From assembly GCA_038231275.1 (NCBI GenBank), contig JBBRLQ010000017.1, positions 64,001 through 128,000 of the forward strand: a DNA stretch of 64,000 bases. The letters are read 5' to 3'. This document shows positions 1-9,434 of the stretch, one piece after another. Under the pieces are notes generated by a model. The model made no database searches. It saw only the letters and a list, made by a program, of their open reading frames with translations, and had not been told where the DNA came from. Source of the DNA: Polyangiales bacterium. GTDB taxonomy: Bacteria; Myxococcota_A; Polyangia; Polyangiales; Polyangiaceae. Within the stretch, counting starts at the first letter, position 1. Each line of letters begins with the position of its first letter. The translations under genes were made by a program, and so were the position numbers.

Positions 1-8
1 TCGATCTG

Positions 9-1289
9 GTGGTCGTCGATGGGCCGATGCGGGGCAAGCGGGCGCAGCTTCACGGCGGAATCGGGCGCGTCGGGGCGGCAGCAGGGAGCGATCTGAAGCT
101 CGACGACAAAGCGGTATCCCGTGTGCATTGCGAGATCCGCGTGGGTAAAGACGGCATCACGCTCAAAGATTTAGGCAGTACCAACGGGACTTTCGTGGAC
201 GGCGTCCGTGTCCGCGACGCGGACGTCGCACCTGGCGCGCTCGTCCGCGTCGGCGGCAGCACGTTTCGCGTCGAGGTCGGCAACGAGCCCGAGTTCGTGG
301 ACGTGTCGGAGAAGGGCTCGTTCGGCGAGCTCGTCGGGACGAGTCTGGAGATGCGGCGCGTCTACGCCGTGCTCGATCGGCTGGCGGTCACCGACGCGAC
401 GCTTCTCGTACAGGGCGAGACAGGGACCGGAAAGGACGTGGTCGCGAGATCGCTGCACGCGGCGTCGAAGCGCGCGGGAGGGCCGCTCGTCGCGCTCGAC
501 TGCGGCGCGGTCCCGGAGAACCTGTTCGAGAGCGAGCTCTTCGGCCACGTGCGCGGCTCCTTCAGCGGCGCGGTGTCGGATCGCAAGGGCGTCCTCGAAG
601 AGGCGCACGGCGGCACGCTCTTCCTCGACGAAATCGGAGAGATGCCTCTCTCGCTGCAGGCCAAGATGCTGCGCGCGCTCGAGACGCGCTCCGTGCGGCG
701 CGTCGGCGCAAACGTCGAGCGCGCCATCGACGTTCGGATCGTCGCCGCGACCAACCGCCCGCTCGCGCGTTGCGTGAACGAAGGGACATTTCGCGAGGAT
801 TTGTACTACCGTCTCGCCGTCGTCGAGATCTCGCTGCCGCCGCTGCGCATGCGCCGCGAGGACATCCCGGTGCTCGCGCGGCACTTCTACCGGCAGCTCA
901 AAGGATCGAGCGAGACGGCGGATCTTCCGCCCGACTTCGTGGCGCGTCTCGCCGCGCGCGCGTGGCCGGGGAACGTGCGCGAGCTGCGGAACTTCATCGA
1001 GCGGAGCGTCTCGCTCGGCTTCGTCACGCAAGGCAGCGGCCCGAACCCGCCCGCGCCCATCCCGACCGGCGCGACGCTGGAGCAGCTCGTTCCCCTTCAT
1101 TTGCCGCTCAAAGACGCGCGGCAGGCGTGGACCGAGAGCTTCGAGGCGGTCTACGTGAAGAGCCTCCTCCAGAAGACCGGCGGCAACGTCACGCGCGCGG
1201 CCGAGGCGGCGGGCGTCAACCGGCGCTTCTTGCAGCGAATGATGGCGCGCCTCGGCATCGCCTCGTCGGACGCGTCCGGCGACGAGTAG
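9..1289 (+). CDS. FHA-domain sigma54-dependent enhancer-binding protein (FHA-AAA+-HTH); probably 5'-partial at the window edge
   Basis: FHA motifs VSRVH and DLGSTNGT; Walker A GETGTGKD; ESELFGH..GSFSGA; Walker B FLDEIGE; FREDLYYRL; WPGNVREL; C-terminal Fis-like GNVTRAAEAAG. Confidence 0.93.
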   Translation: MVVDGPMRGKRAQLHGGIGRVGAAAGSDLKLDDKAVSRVHCEIRVGKDGITLKDLGSTNGTFVDGVRVRDADVAPGALVRVGGSTFRVEVGNEPEFVDVSEKGSFGELVGTSLEMRRVYAVLDRLAVTDATLLVQGETGTGKDVVARSLHAASKRAGGPLVALDCGAVPENLFESELFGHVRGSFSGAVSDRKGVLEEAHGGTLFLDEIGEMPLSLQAKMLRALETRSVRRVGANVERAIDVRIVAATNRPLARCVNEGTFREDLYYRLAVVEISLPPLRMRREDIPVLARHFYRQLKGSSETADLPPDFVARLAARAWPGNVRELRNFIERSVSLGFVTQGSGPNPPAPIPTGATLEQLVPLHLPLKDARQAWTESFEAVYVKSLLQKTGGNVTRAAEAAGVNRRFLQRMMARLGIASSDASGDE

Positions 1290-1777
1290 CGGACGAAGCG
1301 AGGAAGCGCGCTGGCATCTCGCTCGTGTCGTCGGCGATGATCGCGGACGGCTCGCTCTCCAAGTGCTGGGGCATCTTCGCCGGCGGCACCGCGGAGCCCG
1401 CGACCGAGGAGGCGGTGCGCGCGGGTCGCACGCAGGTGCGGATGCTGGATCGCTACCCGCCCGAGGTGAACGTCGTCGGCTGGCCCCGCCTCGTGCATGA
1501 CATGGCCACGCGCGGCGGCTTCGGCATTCAGGAGATCGACATGGCGATCTTCACGCAGGTCCGCGAGGGGACCATCGACGAGGCGATGACCGCGCTCGAG
1601 CTGCCGCCGGAGCGGACGCACAAGATCATGCACAAGTGGGGGTACACGGGCTCGGCGTGCGTCGCGATGGCGCTCGACGACGCGATCGAGCAGGGGCGCG
1701 TGAAGCCCGGCGCGCTGGTGGTGATGATCGGCTCCGGTGTCGGCTACAACCAGGCGGGCGTCGCGCTGCGGGTGTGA
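1290..1777 (+). pseudogene. C-terminal fragment of a 3-oxoacyl-ACP synthase III (FabH/KAS III-like) gene; first ATG at 1337
   Basis: ADGS..WGIFAGG, IFTQV, KWGYTGSACVAMALDDA and GSGVG match the KAS III C-terminal half; the N-terminal half with the catalytic Cys is missing and that space is occupied by the upstream EBP gene. Confidence 0.7.
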
Positions 1778-1790
1778 CGTCGCACACGCG

Positions 1791-2018
1791 TCAGCGGCGC
1801 GCGAGTAGGTAGACGACGGCGGCGACGATCCAGAGCGCCGCACGCACACGCATGCGCTCGCGCAGCGCGAAGTAGGGCGCGAGCGGCGGCACCATGAGCG
1901 CCGCGGCAGCGCGCCAGCGTGGAGGGCGGCGCGCGAGGCCGACCAGGATCGTGACGTGCGCGGTGACGGTCACCGCGAAGGAGCCGATCAGCGCGGCGAA
2001 CCATGCGGTCTCGTTCAC
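1791..2018 (-). CDS. small membrane protein, hypothetical
   Basis: 75 aa with about three hydrophobic segments; start overlaps the stop of the upstream minus-strand gene. Confidence 0.65.
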   Translation of the reverse strand: MNETAWFAALIGSFAVTVTAHVTILVGLARRPPRWRAAAALMVPPLAPYFALRERMRVRAALWIVAAVVYLLARR

Positions 2019-2509
2019 GTGCCGCCGTCCTTCGCCTTGCCGCCACGGCCGCCGCGCGCCGTGCCGGTGCGCTCGACCTCACCGTCGGCGTCGAACACCG
2101 CGCCCGAGGATGCGCCCGCGACCGCGAGGGCCTTCGGGTCCGCGACGGTCGCGCCGTGAACGTCGCGCCACGTTCCCGGCGCGTAGTAGGTGATGCCCGT
2201 CACGCCGCGCGCCGTGGTCCAGGGCGAGTACGACGCGCCTTCGGGCGGGACGACCCATCGCCCCACCTTCCACGACCACTTGCCGTTGCGCCATGTCCAC
2301 TCGCCATCGAGCCACACCGCGCGCGATTCTTCGGTGGGGCGCGGCGGAACGGTCTCGACGTGCGCAGGCGGCGGCGGATACTCGACCTCGACGAGCGCGC
2401 TGCTGGGCTGCGTCGCGTACGGCGGATGGGGCAGCTTCGATCCGCACCCGGCGACGCCGATCGCGAGCCCAACCGCGACGCCGACGATCGACCAGGGCCC
2501 GGCCATCAC
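2015..2509 (-). CDS. lipoprotein with YXWGXW/WxxGxW-type repeats
   Basis: Start moved to GTG 2509 (ATG 2506 alternative); lipobox VAGC; VWLDGEWTWRNGKWSWKVGRW. Confidence 0.8.
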   Translation of the reverse strand: MMAGPWSIVGVAVGLAIGVAGCGSKLPHPPYATQPSSALVEVEYPPPPAHVETVPPRPTEESRAVWLDGEWTWRNGKWSWKVGRWVVPPEGASYSPWTTARGVTGITYYAPGTWRDVHGATVADPKALAVAGASSGAVFDADGEVERTGTARGGRGGKAKDGGT

Positions 2510-2516
2510 ACCGAAG

Positions 2517-2541
2517 ACTATACGCCAAAGCGCGCTACTCT
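2517..2541. promoter_or_regulatory. back-to-back -10 elements: TATAGT (minus, 2522-2517) and TACTCT (plus, 2536-2541)
   Basis: They lie 7 nt and 9 nt from the divergent GTG starts at 2509 and 2551, inside a 41-nt gap with no SD. Confidence 0.55.
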
Positions 2542-2550
2542 GAGCGCCGC

Positions 2551-4755
2551 GTGACGCACCATCTCGAAGCGTGGATCCGGACCGCGCTCTTCGTGATCGC
2601 CGCGATGGCGTGCGCGCTCTTCGGCATCGCCTCCACCGGCTGCGCGACCTTGCCCGAAGGCCGCTCGGCAACCGACGCCGTGACCGTGATCGGCGCGAGC
2701 GCGGTCGACGAGGCCTCGATCACCGACGAGATCGCCACCACCGCGAGCCCCAAGTTCCTCGGCCTCATGCGTGGCGTCGTCTACGACTACGAGATCTTCG
2801 ACCCGTATGCGCTGCAGCGCGATCTCGCGCGCGTCGAGCGCCTCTACCGCGCGCGTGGCTACTACCAGGCGCACGCGCGCGCGGGTCGGGTGATTTCGAG
2901 CGGAGACCAACACGTGAGGGTCGAGATCCTCGTCGAGGAGGGACCGCCGATCCTCGCCGCCGACCTGCGCGTGCTTTGGACCGGCGGGGTCCCGCCGTCG
3001 GTCGAAGCGCAGGTGAACGCCGCGACGCGCCGTGCGCTGCGTCCGGGCGCGCCGTTCGACGAAGACAAATTCAAGGACGCCGAGGCCGCCGCCAAGAAGG
3101 CGCTCACCGACAACGGCTACGCCTTCGCGCAGGTGAAGTCCGACGTCTTCATCGATCTGGTCCAGCACAAGGCCAACGTCGTGTTCGAGGTCGAGCCGGG
3201 CGTGCTTGCCGTCTTCGGGCACGTCACGATCAGCGGCCTCGACCCCGACGGCAAAGGTGGCGCGCCACAGGAGATCCCGGAGGCGTCGATCCGTCGCACA
3301 CTCGACCTCACCGAAGGGGCTCCGTACTCCACCGCGGCGATCGACTCGGCCACGCAGGCGCTCCTCGATCTCGAGATCTTCAGCGTCGTGCAGATCGTCC
3401 CGACCTTGCCCGAGCCAGGCAAACCGCCGGGCTCGAACGTCGTGCCGCTCGCGATCAAGGTCGAGGTGACGAAGCTCCGTCAGCTGCGCCTCGGCGGCGG
3501 CCTCGAGTTCGATCAGATCAAGACGGATCTGCACCTTCTCGTCGGCTGGGAGGATCACAACTTCCTCGGGGGCCTCCGCGATTTCACGATCGACTTCCGG
3601 CCGGGCGCCGTCCTCTACCCGATGCGGCTCGACAACATCGTGACCCCCGAGCGGCTGCTCCCCGAGGAGCGCCTGCGTCTGCAGCTCCGGCAGCCCGGGT
3701 TTCTCGAAGCGCGTACCAACGGCTTCGTGCGGCCCGAGCTCAACACGTTCCCGCTGCTCGTGGCGACGCAGACCGACTCCGGCGAGCCGGTCGTTGGCTA
3801 CACCGAGTTCAAGGGGACCACGGGCCTCGATCGCACGTTCGGTCCGCTCTTCGGGAGCATCGGCTACAACGTGCAGGTCGAGTATCCGTTCGCCTACAAA
3901 GGCACGCTCGATCCGGCGCTACGCACGCTCGTCATCTCGTACCCCGAGCTCATCACGCGCCTCGATTTGCGGGACAGCCGCATCCATCCGCGCACGGGCA
4001 TCTACCTCGCCAACGATGTCCAGGTGGCCGGCGGACCGTTCCTCGGCGACGCGGTGGATCTCAAGGTCCTGCCCGAGGTGCGCACCTACGTCCCGATCAA
4101 TCGGCGCATGGTGTTCGCGACGCGCGCAGCGCTCGGCTTCCTCTTTCCGTTCAACTACGGCGACGTCGTCAAGAATCACCTCGGCGACGATCTGACCGTC
4201 GACAACCGCAACGAGCGCGTCCGTGACATCGAGACCGTGTACTTCCGAGGCCTCTTCTCGGGCGGCGCCTCGTCGAACCGCGGATTTCCGATTCGCGGCG
4301 TCGCGCCGCACGGCGTCGTACCGTTCCTGAATCCGTCGACGGCGTCGCAGCAGATCGCGGCGCGGTGCAACCCGACGCGCGACAACCCCAACCCCGATCC
4401 GACGGTGTGCTCGATCCCGATCGGCGGCTTCACGCTGTGGGAGCTATCAAACGAGCTGCGCTTCGCGATCGCGGGGCCATTCTCGGCAGCGACGTTCTGC
4501 GACATGAGCGACGTGTCCCCGAAGCCCGTCAACCTTCGCTTCGATCACCTCCACCTGTCGTGCGGGCTCGGCGCGCGCTACGAGACGCCGGTTGGTCCCA
4601 TTCGGCTCGACGTCGGCTACCGCATCCAGCCGCTGCAGGTCCTCGGGTATTCGAGCGAGACCGCCGTCGCTGCCAAGGAGCACGCGGAGGGAACGCAGCC
4701 GCGCTTCCTCGGGCAGCCTCTCGCCGTCGCGCTCGGGATCGGAGAGGCGTTCTGA
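2551..4755 (+). CDS. tamA: Omp85-family outer-membrane protein (TamA-like) with POTRA domains and a lipoprotein-type signal
   Basis: POTRA motifs (YRARGYYQA, DNGYAFAQV); barrel end GLGARYETPVGPIRLDVGY...IGEAF; SNRGF motif; TGATG overlap with tamB; start moved to GTG 2551. Confidence 0.88.
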   Translation: MTHHLEAWIRTALFVIAAMACALFGIASTGCATLPEGRSATDAVTVIGASAVDEASITDEIATTASPKFLGLMRGVVYDYEIFDPYALQRDLARVERLYRARGYYQAHARAGRVISSGDQHVRVEILVEEGPPILAADLRVLWTGGVPPSVEAQVNAATRRALRPGAPFDEDKFKDAEAAAKKALTDNGYAFAQVKSDVFIDLVQHKANVVFEVEPGVLAVFGHVTISGLDPDGKGGAPQEIPEASIRRTLDLTEGAPYSTAAIDSATQALLDLEIFSVVQIVPTLPEPGKPPGSNVVPLAIKVEVTKLRQLRLGGGLEFDQIKTDLHLLVGWEDHNFLGGLRDFTIDFRPGAVLYPMRLDNIVTPERLLPEERLRLQLRQPGFLEARTNGFVRPELNTFPLLVATQTDSGEPVVGYTEFKGTTGLDRTFGPLFGSIGYNVQVEYPFAYKGTLDPALRTLVISYPELITRLDLRDSRIHPRTGIYLANDVQVAGGPFLGDAVDLKVLPEVRTYVPINRRMVFATRAALGFLFPFNYGDVVKNHLGDDLTVDNRNERVRDIETVYFRGLFSGGASSNRGFPIRGVAPHGVVPFLNPSTASQQIAARCNPTRDNPNPDPTVCSIPIGGFTLWELSNELRFAIAGPFSAATFCDMSDVSPKPVNLRFDHLHLSCGLGARYETPVGPIRLDVGYRIQPLQVLGYSSETAVAAKEHAEGTQPRFLGQPLAVALGIGEAF

Positions 4756-7700
4756 TGGCCATCGGACGCGCGCGCGTCGTCGCGGGACGGATCGCATCGG
4801 CGATCGGCGTCGCGCTCGTGTTCGTGCTCGCGGTGGCGCTGGCGGTCGTCCTCCACCTCGATCATCCGGCGGCCCGCAGATTCGCGGTAGCGCGAACCGA
4901 GGCGGCTCTCGCGCCGCTCTTCGAGGGCAAGATCGTCATCGACCACGTTGATCGGCTGAGCCTCGCGGGGCTGGCCGGCGGCGCGGCGAAGGTGGTGGCA
5001 CCGGACGGAACCGTCGTGGTCCGCGCCGACGGCGTGAGGGCGAGCGGGAACGTCCTCGGCATTCTGCGATCGGCGGTGCTCGGAAAAGGCCCAATCATCG
5101 TCCCGATCGACGAGGTGACGATCGACTACGCGGAGGTCGTGCTCGACGCGGCCGCCGACGGCACTCCGAAGCTGCGCGCGGCGTTCAGGCAGAGGCCGCC
5201 CCTCTCTCCGGCGAGCCCGAACGCGCGCGGCGTCGATCTCTCGATCGCGAAGATCGTCGTGCGAACCGCGTGGGTGCACGGTCAGGTGCCCGGGACGCCG
5301 CCGTCCGACATCCAGGTCGACGGCGCGGCGGGAGCGCTCGTGTTTCGTGCGGGCGCGCTCAAGGTGGACGCGAGGCGGTTCGCGCTGCACACGCGAGGCG
5401 CGCCGCGCGGGCTCGACGCCGACGGCACGGGAGAGGCGCACCTCGCGTTCCCGGGCACCTCGGGGCCCGGCGTCGCCATCGAGGGCTCCTTCAAGGGGAC
5501 GGTGGGAGGAATCGGCGCGACGATGCGCGGGGCCATCGACGGCGCGCGCGTCGACGTGACGCTCGACGTGCCGCGCGCGCCGGCCGATCGCGTCCGCGCA
5601 CTCTTTCCCGACGCGCCCGCGCAAGCAGAGCTCGGCGTGAGGGTCGACGCGCATGGCCTGCTCCCGCGCCTCGACCTCGACGCGCGCGTGACGCTCGGCA
5701 CCGGCGCGCTGCACGTCGTCGGGCCCGTGATCGTCGAAGGGGAGCGACGCGCCGCGCTGGTCTGGGACGTGGAGTCGCTCGATCTGCGCGCCTTCGCGGT
5801 GACCGCGCCGGTGAGCTCCCTTCGAGGACGCGGCACCGTCGACGCGACGATCGCGTCCGATGCGTCGCTCGCGGGGACGTTCACGGCGGACGTCGGGGCC
5901 GGCACCCTCGGGGGGCAGAGCTTGCCGGCCGCCACGCTGCGCGGCACGTTCTCGCGGAACGCCAACGTCGTCCGCGCGCACGCCGAGGGGAAGGTCCACG
6001 AGGTCGGCGCGCCGACCGACCTCACGCTCGACGTCGGGCCCGATGGAACCTCTTGGGCGCTCGACGCGACCGCGCGAAGCGTCATCCCACGCCTCGAGGC
6101 GGTCCCTCGCCTAGGCACCGCCGCCGAACTGCGCGGGGCGGCGGACGTACGCGCGTCGGGCAAGCTTCGCCCAGGGGTCCGCGGCTGGACCCTCGACGCG
6201 ACCCTCACGGCCGACGCGCGCGGCGTTTCGCGCGGCTCCGAAAAAATCGGGCAGGCGCACGTGACGGCGCGCGCGACCGGCAAGCTCTTCGCGCCCGCGA
6301 TCTCCACGACCGTCGACGGTAGAGACATCGAGCTCGGCGGGATGAAGTACACGCACGGTACGGCGAAGACGCACGGCTCGACGACCGCGCAGCACGTCGA
6401 GCTCACCCTGCAAGGCGACGGTACGCCGGACGTCACTGGCGCCGCGGAGGTCGCGCTCGGCGGAAAGATCGTCGTGCACAACGCCGACCTCACACTCACG
6501 CGTGACAAGGTCGCAGTCTCCGTGCGCGTGCCAACGGTTCGCTTCGGCACCGGCGAGCTCCACGTCGAGGACGCCGAGATCCGCGGCCTCGGCGCGCTCG
6601 CACGCGTCACGGTCGACGTGCGCGAGGGCTCCACACTTCTGCGCGCGCGCTCGCGGGGCGTGTCGATCGAGCGCGTCGCTCACCTCCTCCACCTCGAAGA
6701 CGGATCGCTCGACGGACGCCTCGACTTCGACGTCGATCTCGAGCTGAAGAACGGCGGTGCCCACGGGGACGCGCACGTGAGCCTGACGCGCGGGACGTTC
6801 CGCGGGCACACGGCCACCGCGGAGCTGCACGCCACCGCAGAGGGCCGGCGTTGGGTGGTGACGGCGAAAGGTACGCTCGCGGACGTCGGCAATGTCGAGC
6901 TCGCGACGACGGACCTCGAGATCGGCGCCGAGGGCCCGCACAAGAAGACGTCGTGGAACGACGCGCTCGGCACCGTCGGCCTTCGTGGCACGGCGGACTT
7001 GGCGCAGCTGGCGTCACTGCTCCCCGCAGGCACGCTTCCGTTTGCGCCCGCTGGGATGGTCGACGTGAGCGGAGCGGTGTCTCGTCGCGGCGCCGCGCGT
7101 GACGTCGCGGTGGCGCTCGCCGCCGGCACGCGCGGCCTCGAGATCACGGCGAAACAATGGCGTGTGACGGGCGTGGAGGCGCGCGCCGGCGCGACGTACG
7201 ACAGCGCAATCGGAGCGACCGCGGGCGCGCTCGTGCTCAGCGATGTCGCGGGCGAGGCCGCGCGGCTCGACGTCCAGTCCGACGCCGTGCCGTACCGAGA
7301 GCTCTGGGCGAGCCACGACGTCCGCGCGCGCCTCGCGACCGTCCCCCTCGTCGCTACGTTGGTCGTGCCATCGCGATCGGTCGACGCCCTCCCCGCCGGC
7401 CTGGCGGTGAAGGGGGCGCACGGCACCGTTCAAGGGACGGCGACGCTCCGCGGCACCGTCATCGCGCCGGATCTTCGCGTCACCGCCGCGGCGCGCGACT
7501 TCGCGGCGAAGGGGACGTCACGCGGCGGATGGCTCTCGGGGGACGTCGCGCTGCGCTACGACGGAAAGGCGGCGCACGTCGACGCGGCGGTACGCACGCC
7601 CAAGGCCCTCATCCTCGCGGGCGCCGCGGACGCGAACGCGCGCGTCGCCGATCTCCTCTCGCCGCCGCCGGGTGAGCTCCCGTGGAGCGCGTCGGGGCGC

Positions 7701-9434
7701 GTCGAGGTCATGGACTTTCCGCTGACGCGCGTGGCGATCTTGACCGATCACGACGTGCGCGGAAAAGTGTCGGGAAAGATCACCGTCGAGGGGCTGCACG
7801 AAGCGCCGCGCGCGTCGGTGGACCTCTCGTCGACGACGCTCCAGATCGGAAACGTCGCGTTCCCGAAGGCGTCGGTCTCGGTCACCGTCGACGGCAAGGA
7901 AGCGCGCGGCAAGGCGCGCCTCGACCAGTCGATCGGCTCGACGGCGCAGAATTTCCTCCAGCAGATCGCGGTGAGCGGCGGCTTCGGCGAGCTCGCGGGC
8001 AGCGTCGGCGTCACGTGGGGGCGCGCGCTTTTGCCGACGATCGACGCGACGCGGCCGATGAGCGCCGTGCTCGCGACGAAGCGCCTCCGCGCCGCGACGT
8101 TCCTGCCGTTTGCCGACGCGTACCTCGGCGAGCTCGACGGGCTCGTCGACGCCAACGCGATCGTCTCGCTGATGCCGGGTGCCGAGGCGCCAACCGTCGT
8201 CGGGCGAGCGACGCTGGAGTACGGCGTCGTGCAGATCGCGTCGATGGGGACCGAGCTCCACGGCGTGAGCGGAAAGCTGTCGATCGGCGCGGACGGCATG
8301 GTGCGCGTGAGCGAGGTCGTCGCGCAGGGCACCAGCGGCACGGTGAAGGCCGCCGCGTCGGCGCGTCTCGAGGGCCTTCACGTCGCGGCCGCCGCCGCCG
8401 ACGTCCGAATCGCCAAAGGCGATGCCGTGCCTCTCGACCTCAAGGGCGTGCAGATGGGCGACGTCTGGGGAGAGGCGCACCTCACGGCGATCGCGTCGGC
8501 GGACAAGAGGACGATGAACGTCACGCTCGACGTCCCGAAGCTCCACGTGCAGCTCCCGCTTGCCTCGTCGCACTCGGTGAAGGATCGACCAACGCTCACC
8601 AACGTCCACGTAGGGATGTACACGCCCGGGCGCTTCACGCCTCTCGCGCTGGACAGCACGGACCTCGATCCTGTGGTCATCGCGGCCCCGACGCAGACGA
8701 CGATCGTGCAGGTGAACCTCGGCTCCGAGGTCGACGTCCGCCGCGGTAGCACGCTCGCGGCGACCTTGGAGGGCAGCCCGCAGATCACGTTCGCCGACGA
8801 CGCGCGCGTGACCGGTCAGATTCGCATCACGTCCGGCACCCTCCAAGTCCAGGGGAAGAAATTCGACATCGAGAAGGGAACCGTCACCTTCGTCGGGACC
8901 GACGCGTCCGATCCGCTCGTCGTCGTCACCGCCGGGTGGACCGCGACGGACGGCACGCGCGTCTACGCCGATTTCGCCGGGCCGCTCAAGACCGGGAAGG
9001 TCACCCTACGCTCCGAGCCGTCGCGCCCCAAGGACGAGATCCTCGCGCTCATCCTCTTCGGGAGCGCCGATCAGTCCTCGACGCAGTACGGCGGCGACGC
9101 GCAGGCCGACGCGAGCACGCGGGCAGGCGGGGCCGCCGGCACCTTCGCGGGCCAGGGCCTCGGCGAGGGCATCAGCGAGCTCACCGGCCTTCAAATCGCG
9201 CCGAAGATCGACACGAGCAACGCCGCCAACCCGCGACCCGAGGTCGAGGTGCAGCTCGCGCAGACGATCTCGCTCCAGATCGCCTTCGTCCTCGGCACGC
9301 CTCCGCCCGGCGCAAACCCCGACAAGACGTTCGCCACGATCGGCTGGCGGTTCGCGCAGCGCTGGTCGCTCGAGACCACCTTCGGCGATCAGGGCAGCTC
9401 GTTCGCCGACGTCGTGTGGCAGCTGCGCTACTGA
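4755..9434 (+). CDS. tamB: translocation and assembly module TamB-like protein
   Basis: N-terminal TM anchor, about 1500 aa of beta-rich repeats, DUF490-like C-terminus (LRSEP..EILALILFG..VVWQLRY); ATG overlaps the tamA stop. Confidence 0.88.
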   Translation: MAIGRARVVAGRIASAIGVALVFVLAVALAVVLHLDHPAARRFAVARTEAALAPLFEGKIVIDHVDRLSLAGLAGGAAKVVAPDGTVVVRADGVRASGNVLGILRSAVLGKGPIIVPIDEVTIDYAEVVLDAAADGTPKLRAAFRQRPPLSPASPNARGVDLSIAKIVVRTAWVHGQVPGTPPSDIQVDGAAGALVFRAGALKVDARRFALHTRGAPRGLDADGTGEAHLAFPGTSGPGVAIEGSFKGTVGGIGATMRGAIDGARVDVTLDVPRAPADRVRALFPDAPAQAELGVRVDAHGLLPRLDLDARVTLGTGALHVVGPVIVEGERRAALVWDVESLDLRAFAVTAPVSSLRGRGTVDATIASDASLAGTFTADVGAGTLGGQSLPAATLRGTFSRNANVVRAHAEGKVHEVGAPTDLTLDVGPDGTSWALDATARSVIPRLEAVPRLGTAAELRGAADVRASGKLRPGVRGWTLDATLTADARGVSRGSEKIGQAHVTARATGKLFAPAISTTVDGRDIELGGMKYTHGTAKTHGSTTAQHVELTLQGDGTPDVTGAAEVALGGKIVVHNADLTLTRDKVAVSVRVPTVRFGTGELHVEDAEIRGLGALARVTVDVREGSTLLRARSRGVSIERVAHLLHLEDGSLDGRLDFDVDLELKNGGAHGDAHVSLTRGTFRGHTATAELHATAEGRRWVVTAKGTLADVGNVELATTDLEIGAEGPHKKTSWNDALGTVGLRGTADLAQLASLLPAGTLPFAPAGMVDVSGAVSRRGAARDVAVALAAGTRGLEITAKQWRVTGVEARAGATYDSAIGATAGALVLSDVAGEAARLDVQSDAVPYRELWASHDVRARLATVPLVATLVVPSRSVDALPAGLAVKGAHGTVQGTATLRGTVIAPDLRVTAAARDFAAKGTSRGGWLSGDVALRYDGKAAHVDAAVRTPKALILAGAADANARVADLLSPPPGELPWSASGRVEVMDFPLTRVAILTDHDVRGKVSGKITVEGLHEAPRASVDLSSTTLQIGNVAFPKASVSVTVDGKEARGKARLDQSIGSTAQNFLQQIAVSGGFGELAGSVGVTWGRALLPTIDATRPMSAVLATKRLRAATFLPFADAYLGELDGLVDANAIVSLMPGAEAPTVVGRATLEYGVVQIASMGTELHGVSGKLSIGADGMVRVSEVVAQGTSGTVKAAASARLEGLHVAAAAADVRIAKGDAVPLDLKGVQMGDVWGEAHLTAIASADKRTMNVTLDVPKLHVQLPLASSHSVKDRPTLTNVHVGMYTPGRFTPLALDSTDLDPVVIAAPTQTTIVQVNLGSEVDVRRGSTLAATLEGSPQITFADDARVTGQIRITSGTLQVQGKKFDIEKGTVTFVGTDASDPLVVVTAGWTATDGTRVYADFAGPLKTGKVTLRSEPSRPKDEILALILFGSADQSSTQYGGDAQADASTRAGGAAGTFAGQGLGEGISELTGLQIAPKIDTSNAANPRPEVEVQLAQTISLQIAFVLGTPPPGANPDKTFATIGWRFAQRWSLETTFGDQGSSFADVVWQLRY

